A stretch of 64,000 bases of DNA, taken from assembly GCA_963817915.1 (NCBI GenBank), contig CAWFQL010000009.1, positions 64,001-128,000 of the forward strand, in the 5' to 3' direction. This document shows positions 37,419 to 48,447 of this stretch, in pieces. Position numbers and translations under genes: made by a program. The DNA is from an uncultured candidate division Zixibacteria bacterium. Its GTDB lineage: Bacteria; Zixibacteria; MSB-5A5; UBA10806. Numbering within the stretch: the first letter of the stretch is position 1; each line of letters opens with the position of its first letter. The notes beneath the pieces are model-generated. The model was not told the origin of the DNA. It ran no database searches and saw nothing but the letters and a program-made list of their open reading frames with translations.

Positions 37419-38518
37419 ATATAATTCAGATGATAGATGTTCGCTGGTACAACGCTTGTGCCGATTTCGCGATCAAGCAGGCACAGGCATTATCTCTTTT
37501 GGGACATAATGTCATGGTAATGGCAAATCCGGGATCGCCTCCGGCTCTTAAAGCCAAGGAAGCGAAACTATCGGTAAATGAGGAAATAAATTTTTCGAAA
37601 ATACCCGCGACATTTTGGTCGGTTGGAAAATTGAGAAGGATTGCGACTCAATTCAATGCCGATATTTTATTTGCTCATCGCGGCGAATCTCACCTCATTG
37701 CGGCGTTAGCGGCAAGAAAACTTCGATGTAAAGTCGTCAGATTCAGGGGAGATGTCCGTTCACCGAAGAACGACCTGTTCAATCGTTACCTTAATGAAAA
37801 GATGACCGATGGCATCGCAGTTTCGAGTGAATTGCTAAAATCGCAATATGAAAAGAAATTCAGATTAAACGGCGTACCGCTCGAAGTAATTTATCCGGGA
37901 ATAGATGAAAAAGAATATAAACCGATTCAAAATAAAAGTCATTTGAGGCGAAAATTCAAACTCGATCCTGACGATATTGTAATTGGTATCGTGGGGCGAT
38001 TTTCGCCGGTTAAAGGGCATCGATATTTTATCGAGGCGGCTAAATTGGTCTCCATGAAATATCCGCAGGCCACTTTCGTGATCGCCGGCGGCGATGCTCA
38101 AATAAGCGCGGCGGAGCTACAGATTTCGGCTACATTGCTTGGATTAAAAAAAATCCGTGTTTTGGGAATAGTTGATAATATCAACGAATTAATGGCGTCA
38201 TTTGATATCGGCGTAATCTCCTCAATAGATTCCGAAATGATTGCGAGAGTATTATTGGAATATTTCAGGGTCGGGTTACCTGTGGTGGGAACATCCGTCA
38301 ACCAAATATCAGAATTAATGCTACAATCTAATGGCGGCATTTTGGTTCCGCCAGCCGATTCGGTCGCCATGAGCAATGCTATTATTGATTTAATTTCGAA
38401 TCGCGCAAAGAGAGAGCAATTTGCTCTTAATGGAAGATCCTGGCTGGAAAAAAGGGGAACATTAGAAGCGCTGGGTGAAACTACAATAGCCTTTCTCAAT
38501 GAGGCGCTAAATGCCTAG
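37415..38518 (+). CDS. glycosyltransferase family 4
   Basis: IYPGID, VGRFSPVKGH, E..ARVLLE...GLPVV. Confidence 0.88.
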   Translation: MNIIQMIDVRWYNACADFAIKQAQALSLLGHNVMVMANPGSPPALKAKEAKLSVNEEINFSKIPATFWSVGKLRRIATQFNADILFAHRGESHLIAALAARKLRCKVVRFRGDVRSPKNDLFNRYLNEKMTDGIAVSSELLKSQYEKKFRLNGVPLEVIYPGIDEKEYKPIQNKSHLRRKFKLDPDDIVIGIVGRFSPVKGHRYFIEAAKLVSMKYPQATFVIAGGDAQISAAELQISATLLGLKKIRVLGIVDNINELMASFDIGVISSIDSEMIARVLLEYFRVGLPVVGTSVNQISELMLQSNGGILVPPADSVAMSNAIIDLISNRAKREQFALNGRSWLEKRGTLEALGETTIAFLNEALNA

Positions 38519-39617
38519 GCCACATCCGATGACATTGAATATCGGATTTTATCTGCTCATACTATTTGCACTGTTTATTTCTATCAATCCGCTTATCGCC
38601 TATTGCCTCGGCGCAATAGCGTTAGTTATATGGATTAGTCAAAGCTTGATATATAGAGATGCTGATTGGATTAAAATGCCACTATTTTATTATCTCTTTG
38701 GCCTGAGTCTCTTGGCATTTCTAGCATGGGCAGTATTCTTGATTTACGATAAATCCTATAAACTCCCATATTATGTTTGGATGCCTATTCTGTATCTAAT
38801 GGTATCATCGTTTATTTTTTCGGGCGAGCGGCGTAAAATGATAGTGTGGACATTTATCACGGGAGTCATACTGGCGTCGGCATTTCATTTGATTTCACAC
38901 TGGACATCGATTTCCAATTTCAATATTCACGGACATTCGGCCGAGCCAAGGCTGGCGTTGATGGTGATATTTTCATTTTGCCTGATATTGGGAATTTATG
39001 TAGAATCAAAAAAGGCTCAAGAGAAAATATTCTTTATCCTGATGCTGGTGCCATTATTCGCCGTGGCAACATTGTCGTTGGGACGCCCTGTCATTATGGG
39101 TCTGATACTTTTGGTATTAATTCTTGGAATAATAAAAGATCGCACATTACTCATACTTTTCATTTTGATGACTTCGATAATTTTATATGGCGCTTACAAA
39201 GTCAATAATATCATGCTGGTAAATAAATCAGTTAAAGAATTGAAGACTTTTGTATTATCGGCTGGCAAAGAATTCGATACTAATAAGGCTAATATCGTAA
39301 ATACCAAGTTTTATGGCACGATCGAGAACCTAACGCCTTACAAGCATGACTCTTCGATAAGAGGTTCAATGTTTTTGAGATTGCTCGAAAAATCGGGACC
39401 ATTTTCGCTCGCATTATTCATTTGGATTCTCGCTGATCAAAACAGGAGGTCTCGCGCCAGAATGAGAAAATCATCATTCGATGAAACGCGCGCCTTTCAT
39501 TTTGGAATATTTTTGATTTCGCTTGTTTGCTTTATTATCTGCATCTATACATCCGTTTTGATCGACCCGGCAGTTTTATGTTCACTTTATCTCATTTTGG
39601 GAATGTCTGAAGTATGA
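38511..39617 (+). CDS. polytopic membrane protein, O-antigen ligase (WaaL/Wzy_C)-like
   Basis: About ten hydrophobic segments, LSLGR motif, soluble loop then SMFLRLLEKSG; located among LPS core genes. Confidence 0.55.
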   Translation: MPRPHPMTLNIGFYLLILFALFISINPLIAYCLGAIALVIWISQSLIYRDADWIKMPLFYYLFGLSLLAFLAWAVFLIYDKSYKLPYYVWMPILYLMVSSFIFSGERRKMIVWTFITGVILASAFHLISHWTSISNFNIHGHSAEPRLALMVIFSFCLILGIYVESKKAQEKIFFILMLVPLFAVATLSLGRPVIMGLILLVLILGIIKDRTLLILFILMTSIILYGAYKVNNIMLVNKSVKELKTFVLSAGKEFDTNKANIVNTKFYGTIENLTPYKHDSSIRGSMFLRLLEKSGPFSLALFIWILADQNRRSRARMRKSSFDETRAFHFGIFLISLVCFIICIYTSVLIDPAVLCSLYLILGMSEV

Positions 39618-40378
39618 CAACACAAACTATTTCTGCAGTAATAATAACGAGAAATGAAGAGCGCAATATTGTCGATGCTTTGGCAACGCTGCAATTCGCG
39701 GATCAGATTGTAGTCGCTGATACCGGGAGTACCGATAAGACCATCGAGTACGCCCGACGTCAGGGTGCAGAGGTTCAGAAAATACAATTCGAGGGTTATG
39801 GACCGACCAAAAATAAGGCGCTCGAATTCTGTCATTGCGATTGGATTCTATTTATTGATGCCGATGAGCGAATTTCCCCGCAACTGGCGCAGGAGATCAA
39901 GGAAACTTTGGTAAATCATCACAATTTCGATGGCTTTGAAATCTGCCGCCTTACCTATTTTTTGGAAAAGCCAATAAGACATTCAGGATGGTATCCTGAT
40001 TATGTGCTGCGGCTTTTTAAAAACGGCAAAGGGAAATTCAGTGATAAACTGGTGCACGAAAGCCTGAATGTATTTGGGCATGTGGGTAGGCTCAAAGGAT
40101 TGATTCATCATCATAGCTATATGACATTGGAACAGTATCTTGAAAAAATGAATCTCTATTCTACATTGAACGCCGAGGAGATGTACAACTCGGGGAAAAC
40201 TTATCGATTTGCGGATTTGGTGTTTCGTCCGCCGGCGACATTTCTACGCATGTATATAGCTAAGGCAGGTTTTCTCGATGGTATGAGAGGCTTTGTTCTG
40301 GCGACATTATCGTCTTTTCATGTTTTTACCAAATACGCAAAATTTCGAGGGCTTTCTAAGAAGAAACAAAATGCATAA
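39614..40378 (+). CDS. glycosyltransferase family 2 (WaaE/KdtX-like beta-1,4-glucosyltransferase)
   Basis: NEERNI, DTGSTD, WILFIDADE, GWYPDY, VHE, GFLDGMRG. Confidence 0.9.
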   Translation: MTTQTISAVIITRNEERNIVDALATLQFADQIVVADTGSTDKTIEYARRQGAEVQKIQFEGYGPTKNKALEFCHCDWILFIDADERISPQLAQEIKETLVNHHNFDGFEICRLTYFLEKPIRHSGWYPDYVLRLFKNGKGKFSDKLVHESLNVFGHVGRLKGLIHHHSYMTLEQYLEKMNLYSTLNAEEMYNSGKTYRFADLVFRPPATFLRMYIAKAGFLDGMRGFVLATLSSFHVFTKYAKFRGLSKKKQNA

Positions 40379-41372
40379 TCCTGAAAATATTCTTCTGATT
40401 CGAAACGATCGACTCGGGGATTTGATATTATCGTTGCCGGTAGCCGCGACATTGAAAGACCATTTTCCCGATGCCAGAATTTCTTATCTTGCGGCCCGAG
40501 GGCCGTCCGCGATCCATAAACTTGTTGATTATGTGGATAATTGGCTTATCGACTCTGATAGTAACGGCACGAAACTTAGTATCATTTCGCTTACGACCTT
40601 GATTAAACGAGGCAAATTCGATTGCTCCATAGAATTAAAACCTTCATGGCGAACTTCTGCGGCGATGTTTCTTGCTGGAATCCCAAGAAGGATAGGGACA
40701 TCACGCCGAGCTTATTCAATTTTTCATAATCAGCGGGTCAATCTTCACCGTCGAGCTTCCGGTTTGCATCAAACCGACCTTGATCTTGCCATGCTCCAGC
40801 CGCTTGGCATCAGCTCCAAAGGTTCTTTACCTATTCTGAAATCTACGCCTGACTGTATCGCAAAAGCTGAAAAACTGCTGCCGTCGGATATTGGCAAATA
40901 TATTGTAATTCATCCCGGACACGGCGGCTCCGCTCCAAATTGGCCGATCGATAATTATATATTACTCGCCGAATTGCTTTCCAAAGAAATAGGACTGAAA
41001 GTTGTCATAACAGGTGAGGGTAATAGCGAATCAGACTTCGAAGATTGCGTCAATCTTTCAAGCAAGACTGATTTGGAAGCCCTGGCGGGAGTAATTTCAA
41101 GAGCCGAACTATTCATCTCTGGCAGCACAGGCCCATTGCATCTGGCCGACGCGTTGGGGAAAAAATGCCTATCCTTTTTTTCTAATCGCGATGATATAGG
41201 ACCAGATCGATGGGGACCCAGAAAAAACATGGCTAATATTTTAATTCCGGAAAATAAATGCCAATGCAAAAATCTAAAATTCTGCCGATGTCTGGAACAA
41301 ATCCAGCCCCAATATGTATTGAAAAGGATAAGAGGACTACTGGGCATTTCTTTTAAGGAATTGGGAGCTTAA
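40371..41372 (+). CDS. glycosyltransferase family 9
   Basis: RNDRLGDLILSLP, HPG.GGSAPNW, STGPLHLA; start ATG 40371. Confidence 0.9.
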   Translation: MHNPENILLIRNDRLGDLILSLPVAATLKDHFPDARISYLAARGPSAIHKLVDYVDNWLIDSDSNGTKLSIISLTTLIKRGKFDCSIELKPSWRTSAAMFLAGIPRRIGTSRRAYSIFHNQRVNLHRRASGLHQTDLDLAMLQPLGISSKGSLPILKSTPDCIAKAEKLLPSDIGKYIVIHPGHGGSAPNWPIDNYILLAELLSKEIGLKVVITGEGNSESDFEDCVNLSSKTDLEALAGVISRAELFISGSTGPLHLADALGKKCLSFFSNRDDIGPDRWGPRKNMANILIPENKCQCKNLKFCRCLEQIQPQYVLKRIRGLLGISFKELGA

Positions 41373-41374
41373 GA

Positions 41375-43516
41375 ATGAATCTGGCCGAATTTATCATAGC
41401 AGTCGAATCATACAATTCCAATATCAATGTTTCGCTGCTGCGCAGAGCCTATGAATTTTCCGATCGTGCGCATGCCGGCCAATTCCGGGAATCAGGCGAT
41501 CCCTTCATCGAGCATTGCCTGAATGTCGCGTTCATTCTATCGGAACTGCATATGGATTCAGCCTCGATTGCGGCAGGCCTTCTTCACGACTCGGTTGAGG
41601 ATAAACGCGCGACAATAATTGAAGTCAGAAATGAATTCGGGGAGGAAATCTCCGATCTCGTTGACGGTCTGACAAAGATATCCGGACTTAATTTCAAAAG
41701 CTTCGCTGAAGAGCAGGTCGAGTATATCCGCAAAATGCTTTTATCGATGGCCAAAGATATCAGGGTAATGGTAATCAAACTTGCGGATCGCCTGCATAAT
41801 ATGAGAACTCTCGATCCCCTGCCATATGAAAAGCGCCTCAGAATCGCCTTGGAAACTAAGGAAATTTATGCTCCTTTGGCTCACCGCCTTGGAATGGCAA
41901 AATTGAAATGGGAACTTGAGGATTTATCATTCAAACATCTTTATCCAACCGAATATGCTGAGATAGACAAAAGAATTCAGGAGACTCATCTCGAACGGGA
42001 AGCCTACATAAACGAACTTACCGGCCCGCTTAGGATCGCTTTGGAAAAGGCAAATATCAAAGCTGAGATAACCGGCCGGGCCAAACATTTTTATTCGATA
42101 TTCAGGAAGATCAATGTTCGCGGTGTGCCATTTGATCAGATTTATGATCTACTGGCCATGCGTGTAATTGTCAACGATGTCACCGAATGTTATCATGCTC
42201 TCGGTATTATTCATACTATGTGGGCGCCGGTACCCGATAGATTTCATGACTACATAGCTAATCCGAAATCTAATATGTACCGTTCTCTTCATACCACTGT
42301 AATGGGGCCTAATGGCAAAATGGTAGAAGTCCAAATTCGAACCCATGCCATGCATTACGCGGCCGAATTTGGAATCGCGGCTCATTGGCTATATAAAGAG
42401 GGAAAGAAAAACCAGGGTGAACTCGATAAGCAAATGGTATGGCTCCGCGAAATTCTCGAATGGCAACGTGAGCTCACCAATCCCGAAGAATTCATGGAGT
42501 ATTTGAAAATAGATCTCTTTCAGGAAGATATATTTGTCTACACGCCTGCGGGCGAATTAAAACAATTGCCTAGAGATTCTACGCCACTCGATTTCGCGTT
42601 TGCGGTTCATACCGATGTTGGCTTCCACTGCGTAGGCGCGAAAGTTAATTCGAAATTTGTCCCTCTAACTACGAAACTCAAAAGCGGTGATGAAATAGAA
42701 ATCAAAACCTCGCCTCATCAGACTCCCAGCCAGGATTGGCTGAAAATCGTCAAAACGGCGCGGGCCAAATCGAAAATCAAACATTGGCTGAAGCAAAAGG
42801 GATATGAACAATCGGTCGCGCTTGGCAAAGAAATATTGGAACGGGATATTAAGAAGCGCCATATAGGTCCGCTCAATGAGAATCAACTTCTCGATATTGC
42901 GGCCATGAATGGTTTCATGGATATCGATCAGATGTTTTCAAGTCTCGGTTCGGGATCGTCGTCATCCCATACTTTGCTAAATAAATATCTTCCGCAGCAG
43001 GAAAAACCCGAAACAGGTATTGACCAGCAGGCAATCGAAAAATCAAAAGGATCTTCAAAAGGGATTAGGATTGAGGCTGTCAAGAATTTGATGTACCACT
43101 TTGCTTCCTGCTGCCAGCCTGTACCGGGGGAACAAATAGTAGGTTTTGTAACCAGGGGAAGAGGACTTACGATTCATCGAGTTGATTGCGAGAATGCGGC
43201 TGCTATTTTTGACGAGCCCGAACGGCGAGTGGATGTCGAATGGGACGTTGAAAAAGGTCAGTCATTCCTCGTCCGCTTGCAAGCTTTGGTTGATGACCGA
43301 AAGAATTTGCTAAAGGATATAACCGAAGCGGTGACAGATGCCGATATTAACATGCGAGGTGGAGAGATATCAACCGGTACATCGCCTGCCATTGGCAAAT
43401 TTATAATAGAGATACAAAACTATGGACAACTCACGCGCGTTATTGCTAAAATAAGGAAGGTGCCAGGGGTTCTTTCGATTGAAAGAGATAATTCAACGAG
43501 CGATAAGACAATTTGA
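41375..43516 (+). CDS. relA: bifunctional (p)ppGpp synthetase/hydrolase Rel (RelA/SpoT homologue)
   Basis: HAGQFRESG, LLHD, IKLADRLHNMRTL, YRSLHTTV, EVQIRT, TGS DFAFAVHTDVG, CCQPVPG, C-terminal ACT. Confidence 0.95.
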   Translation: MNLAEFIIAVESYNSNINVSLLRRAYEFSDRAHAGQFRESGDPFIEHCLNVAFILSELHMDSASIAAGLLHDSVEDKRATIIEVRNEFGEEISDLVDGLTKISGLNFKSFAEEQVEYIRKMLLSMAKDIRVMVIKLADRLHNMRTLDPLPYEKRLRIALETKEIYAPLAHRLGMAKLKWELEDLSFKHLYPTEYAEIDKRIQETHLEREAYINELTGPLRIALEKANIKAEITGRAKHFYSIFRKINVRGVPFDQIYDLLAMRVIVNDVTECYHALGIIHTMWAPVPDRFHDYIANPKSNMYRSLHTTVMGPNGKMVEVQIRTHAMHYAAEFGIAAHWLYKEGKKNQGELDKQMVWLREILEWQRELTNPEEFMEYLKIDLFQEDIFVYTPAGELKQLPRDSTPLDFAFAVHTDVGFHCVGAKVNSKFVPLTTKLKSGDEIEIKTSPHQTPSQDWLKIVKTARAKSKIKHWLKQKGYEQSVALGKEILERDIKKRHIGPLNENQLLDIAAMNGFMDIDQMFSSLGSGSSSSHTLLNKYLPQQEKPETGIDQQAIEKSKGSSKGIRIEAVKNLMYHFASCCQPVPGEQIVGFVTRGRGLTIHRVDCENAAAIFDEPERRVDVEWDVEKGQSFLVRLQALVDDRKNLLKDITEAVTDADINMRGGEISTGTSPAIGKFIIEIQNYGQLTRVIAKIRKVPGVLSIERDNSTSDKTI

Positions 43517-43517
43517 A

Positions 43518-44237
43518 ATGACAACAACTCGGACCAACCTGACAATTGAATACGAAAAATTCCACGACCTGGGATTTTCAGCGGGAATAACTCTGAAAGG
43601 CCAATGGGGAGCGGAAAATACTGTTAGAGACTTTATAAGGAAGGAAATTATGCCTGCCGGGTATAAAGCTGTATTTCCAGTTCAGGTTCATGGCGCTGAA
43701 ATAGAATATATCGATACCAAGAATGCGGGCCAACGATTTCAAGCCGATGGAGTTTTTAGCAATTCTAATAATATTTGCCTGACTATCACTACCGCCGATT
43801 GCATGCCATTGATAATGGCTGAAAAAAGATCCGGGTATTTCGCTGCAGTACATGTGGGCTGGAGAAGTTATCTTAGCGGTATTGTCGAGAATGCTTTTGA
43901 TAAATTTATAAATAGCGGTGTTAACGTTGCCGAGATTTATTGTCAACTTGGCCCCGCGATAGGTAAATGCTGCTTCGAGATCGGCAAAGAAGTGGCAATC
44001 CTGTTTGAGCCGGAAATAGTATTTGAAAGGGATGGAAAATATTTTGCAGACTTGAGAAAAGGAATATTAAATAAACTGACAAAAATAGGAGCTAAAAAAT
44101 CTAATGTATTGAATCTCGACGAATGTACAAGTTGTATGAGCGACCGATATTATTCTTATCGCAGGGATAAGGATACGCCGGTCCAGATGATTAGCTATAT
44201 TTATCATAATAGCCAAAATGGAGGAGGATCATTTTGA
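43518..44237 (+). CDS. pgeF: YfiH/PgeF family (polyphenol oxidase / purine nucleoside phosphorylase-like) protein
   Basis: QVHG, TADCMP, HVGWR, GPAIGKCCFEI, CTSC...YYSYRR. Confidence 0.88.
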   Translation: MTTTRTNLTIEYEKFHDLGFSAGITLKGQWGAENTVRDFIRKEIMPAGYKAVFPVQVHGAEIEYIDTKNAGQRFQADGVFSNSNNICLTITTADCMPLIMAEKRSGYFAAVHVGWRSYLSGIVENAFDKFINSGVNVAEIYCQLGPAIGKCCFEIGKEVAILFEPEIVFERDGKYFADLRKGILNKLTKIGAKKSNVLNLDECTSCMSDRYYSYRRDKDTPVQMISYIYHNSQNGGGSF

Positions 44238-44833
44238 AAAAGACATTAATTGCTCTCGCAGCGAGCATGATATGCGCCGCGACCGCCAACGCGGGCATTA
44301 CGGGATTGGGACTTGGAATTCATGGTGGGATAGTCTCAGGTTATAAGAATCCCATTCTTCAGGAAAGTATCATCATTAACCCAACCTATGCCGGATTCGA
44401 TCTTACAAACAAGATGACCGATATCGGGGCTCATTTGAATATTGGGACGCTTCAAATTATCGATATCGTCCTGGACCTGGATTACGCTTGGAAGAAACAG
44501 CAGATTATTTCGGGTCTTGACCTTACATTCTCTGATGTTTCTATCGCCGCGTCTGTCAAAAAGAGCCTGCCATTGCCGGTAGTAAAGCCTTATGCCGGGC
44601 TTGGAGTCGCCATGCATTGGGTGGCCTATTCTTTAAGCGTGGGCGGTCATAACATAGTATTGCCGGATAATCAAAGCAAGTTAGGATTAATCATAAGGGG
44701 AGGGGTCGAGCTTAGCATCCCTATGTTTCCATTGACACCTTTTCTCGAATATAGATATAATACGATTCAGACCACTGGTAAGGCCGTCCATTATTCTGCC
44801 ATTATTGGCGGCCTGACTTTGAATTTACCGTAA
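44234..44833 (+). CDS. outer-membrane beta-barrel protein
   Basis: Signal peptide ending ANA; alternating beta strands; KPYAGLG. Confidence 0.7.
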   Translation: MKKTLIALAASMICAATANAGITGLGLGIHGGIVSGYKNPILQESIIINPTYAGFDLTNKMTDIGAHLNIGTLQIIDIVLDLDYAWKKQQIISGLDLTFSDVSIAASVKKSLPLPVVKPYAGLGVAMHWVAYSLSVGGHNIVLPDNQSKLGLIIRGGVELSIPMFPLTPFLEYRYNTIQTTGKAVHYSAIIGGLTLNLP

Positions 44834-44846
44834 GCAGGAGGGTAAT

Positions 44847-45455
44847 TTGAAAAAGGTTTTAACAACAATAATTTTCGTCGCAGTTGCGTTCCAATCAGCT
44901 TTTGCACAATATACTGGACAATTGACTCCGGCCGAAACGGTTTATAAGGGAAGCTCGATAGGTGGAGTATATGCGGGCATTTATGAAAGTGCCATCGGAA
45001 TTTTGGGTCAGTACAGATATGGGGTCGGTGGCTATACCGATGTCGGCGCTATGCTGGGATTTGTTGACATAGACCATGCCAGCGGCGGAGTGGTCTTTAA
45101 TTTTGACGCCAAATATCAGGTTATGGAAATGAGGATTCAGGACCCGATCGATTTATCTGTCGGCGGACTATTCGGCTTTTCCATATTTGATCATGTGAAT
45201 ACAATCTCATTCGGGGGCACGGTCACAGGATCTTATCCATTTAAGATGCGCAACGGACGAACCATGACTCCATACGGTCGATTTATTCTCAGGATAGATA
45301 GGGAAGACATTGATCATCATGGCTCCGATACCAATTTCCAGATTGGATTTAATCTTGGCGGGTCGCTGCAATTATCATCGTCAACTCGGGCCGTTGCCGA
45401 ATTGCAATTCGATGACGTTATGGGATTCTATATGGGTCTGGATTTCGGCCTATAG
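44847..45455 (+). CDS. outer-membrane beta-barrel-like protein
   Basis: Signal peptide ending AFA; Gly/aromatic amphipathic strands; C-terminal FYMGLDFGL. Confidence 0.65.
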   Translation: MKKVLTTIIFVAVAFQSAFAQYTGQLTPAETVYKGSSIGGVYAGIYESAIGILGQYRYGVGGYTDVGAMLGFVDIDHASGGVVFNFDAKYQVMEMRIQDPIDLSVGGLFGFSIFDHVNTISFGGTVTGSYPFKMRNGRTMTPYGRFILRIDREDIDHHGSDTNFQIGFNLGGSLQLSSSTRAVAELQFDDVMGFYMGLDFGL

Positions 45456-45457
45456 CC

Positions 45458-46258
45458 ATGACCCTGATTCAATCTATCATACTTGGAATTGTACAGGGGT
45501 TAACTGAATTTCTTCCGGTATCTTCATCGGGGCATCTCGTCCTATTCGAAAAAATCCTGAATGTTGAAGCGCACGACATAGTGTTCGAAGTGCTTGTTCA
45601 TGTGGGTACAATGTTGGCCGTTGTTGTATATTTCCGAAAGAAATTACTAAAGATATTTATGGCCTTTATTGGTTCAATGATCGGACAAGCTGATTCTGAT
45701 TCGAAAAAGCTCGATGCCCGCCTCGGATGGTATATCATTTTAGGTACAATCCCGGCGGGCATTATCGGTGTTCTTTTCAAACACAAAATAGAGGCCGCAT
45801 TCGCTTCTCCTAAATGGACTGCCGTTATGCTGCTTGTAACTGCCGTAATTCTCTTTTCAACCAGGTTTGCTGTTAAGACCGCTAAGCCTTTGAATTTTAT
45901 GAAATCGATAATAATTGGTATCGCGCAGGCAGTCGCGATTTTGCCGGGTATATCCCGTTCAGGAAGCACAATATCCGCGGGAATGCATATCGGGGTCGAT
46001 AGAGAAGAGGCTGCAGAGTTTTCGTTTCTGCTTTCGATACCGGCCATAATCGGCGCGGCGATTCTCAAGATACTGGATTTCGTGAAGCAACGGCCTGATA
46101 CATCGCTCGTTGCCAATTATTTAATCGCGGCCTTAATTGCGGCGGTTATCGGATATATCTCGATTTCAGTCCTATTGAGAATAGTTAAGAAGGGCAAATT
46201 TTTCTATTTCGGACTTTATTGTCTGATCGCGGGTGCATTCGGACTGCTATTTTTGTGA
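45458..46258 (+). CDS. uppP: undecaprenyl-diphosphate phosphatase
   Basis: GIVQGLTEFLPVSSSGHL, PGISRSGST, AEFSFLLSIP. Confidence 0.96.
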   Translation: MTLIQSIILGIVQGLTEFLPVSSSGHLVLFEKILNVEAHDIVFEVLVHVGTMLAVVVYFRKKLLKIFMAFIGSMIGQADSDSKKLDARLGWYIILGTIPAGIIGVLFKHKIEAAFASPKWTAVMLLVTAVILFSTRFAVKTAKPLNFMKSIIIGIAQAVAILPGISRSGSTISAGMHIGVDREEAAEFSFLLSIPAIIGAAILKILDFVKQRPDTSLVANYLIAALIAAVIGYISISVLLRIVKKGKFFYFGLYCLIAGAFGLLFL

Positions 46259-47344
46259 AATCTCCTCATAAAATACTTATTTTCAGGCAAAGCTCTCTCG
46301 GAGATGTCATACTTACTTTGCCTGTTATTCGCAAAATGAAGGAAGCTTTTCCTGATGTCGAAATTGATTTTCTAACGAAACGCTTGTATTCCGAGGTTGT
46401 TGATTCCGACCCTGCAATTTCAAGAATCATCACATTTGCTGATAGCGCTTCATTTAGCGCGGTTTTGAAAAAACTGCGAACTAATAAATATGATCTGATA
46501 ATTGACCTTCAGTCAAATTTACGTTCAATGCTCTTGCTGACATTTCTATTTCCGACGAAAATGATAAGCTATCGAAAACGCCGTTTTGCGCGGGAAATGG
46601 TTGTTCGCAGGTCTCATCTGAAATTGAGCGTGGATCATACGATTCATTCCTATCTGACCACATTAAAAAAACTTGGTATAGATGATAAGCCAATCCCTCC
46701 AGTAATTGCGTTGCCGGAAGGCGCGCGTAGTTTTGCAACAGACTATTTAGCCGAACATGGATTTAATAAATTGAAGAGAATAATCGCCTTCTGTCCAGGT
46801 GCCAAACATTTCGAAAAACGATGGCCTTTTGAGCAATATAAAGAGACCGCGCTTCAATTATTGAAGAATCCTGATATAGGAATAATTGTATTTTCGATGA
46901 CCGGAGATGAATTTGCGGACAATCTTGAAATTGATGAACCTCGCTTGTGCGCGGCCCGCGATTTTTCTATTCACAATTCCGCGGCGCTGCTGGCCCAATG
47001 CGATCTAGCTCTTACCAATGATTCCGGATTGATGCATTTGGCGAATGCTGTCCGCACTCCGGTAGTAGCAATCTTCGGTCCCACAAACCCTCGGTTGGGC
47101 TTTGCGCCTGCGTTGCCGGGGTCAGTTGTGGTTTGTGATGATGTCTCATGTTCGCCATGCAGCGTCCACGGCCAGAATCGCGTGCTATCAGCCGCATAAA
47201 TACTGCTTTGAAAAAATAACGCCCGCGCGGATAATCGATATCATAGACAAAATGTGTTCAAGAAAATCCCAAAAACAGTCTATAACTACTGAACCAGATA
47301 TCCGTTCGATGCGAGTCAGGGCTTGCCCTGACCGCACATTATAG
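46255..47344 (+). CDS. waaF: LPS heptosyltransferase II-like GT9; frameshift near 47178
   Basis: SSLGDVILTLP, PGAKHFEKRWP, NDSGLMHLA, FGPT, CSPCSVHG continuing in the shifted frame as CYQPHKYCFEKITP. Confidence 0.8.
47310..47337. repeat. REP-like hairpin
   Basis: TGCG(A)GTCAGGGC-TT-GCCCTGAC-CGCA; the minus strand begins GTGCGGTCAGG, similar to GTGAGGTCGGG at 55856. Confidence 0.5.
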
Positions 47345-47435
47345 TACGATGCGTCACTTCAAGACGTGAATCGCAAGTATCAGACATTCATACATATTCT
47401 TGCATTATTCTCATATAATGAATATCTTTAATACT

Positions 47436-48429
47436 ATGGAAAAGATCGAGGCCAGATATTATGAAAAACTGGATTCGGAAAAGGTCCATTGCCATCTCTG
47501 CCCGGCTGAATGTAAAATCGCGCCCGGGCATAATGGTATCTGCATGATCCGTTCCAATGATAATGGCACTTTATACGCGTCCGAATACGGAAACACCGTA
47601 GCTTTAAATCTCGATCCTATTGAAAAGAAGCCGCTGTACCATTTCAAGCCGGGAAGCCAAATTCTATCGATCGGCCCGAACGGCTGCAATTTCGCCTGTG
47701 CATTTTGTCAGAATTGGACAATATCACAGGAGCACGCAAACAGCAGATATATTTCGCCTGATGACCTTGTAAAATTGGCCGGAAGCAATGGCTCTATAGG
47801 AGTTGCCTACACATACACGGAACCGTTAATCTGGTTTGAATATGTCCTCGATACTGCAAAATTGTTGAAATCCGGCAGGATTGTGTACAGTGATTGTCTC
47901 CAATGGCTATATTAACGAAGAACCTGCCAGAGAATTATTCCGCTATATCGACGCCGCCAATATCGATCTAAAATCGATCAGGCCTGATTTTTATCGGAAA
48001 GTATGCAAAGGCAAATTGGCCGATGTTCAGAGGACGATAAATATCGCCTTGGAAATGGGAGTTCATGTCGAATTGACCAATCTGCTGATTCCCAATTATA
48101 ACGATACTGAAGACGAAATCCGTGAATTGGTCAATTGGGTATCTGAGCTTGATCCAACTCCCGTTCTGCATTTTTCGCGGTATTTCCCCAATTATAAACT
48201 CGAAGCCCCGCCGACCTCCCCGGACAAGCTCAAATATGCTTATGACACGGCCAGGGCGAAGCTAAAATATGTATATTTAGGCAATATATCCGGAGTTGGA
48301 AATCCAGATACTGTTTGCAATAAATGCGGAACTGTCTTAATAAAAAGATCAAATTATGATATTGAAATTACTGGCCTTAATGGCAATAAATGCGCGAATT
48401 GCGAAGAAAAAATCGATGTGGTGACATGA
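47436..48429 (+). CDS. amrS: second AmmeMemoRadiSam radical SAM enzyme (no signal peptide); frameshift near 47872
   Basis: CHLCPAEC, DPIEKKPLYHF, GCNFACAFCQNWTISQ, AYTYTEP; continues SNGYI, ANIDLK, HFSRYFP, YVYLGN, CNKC..CANC. Confidence 0.9.
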
Positions 48430-48447
48430 TATGAAAGGGGCTTTTTA

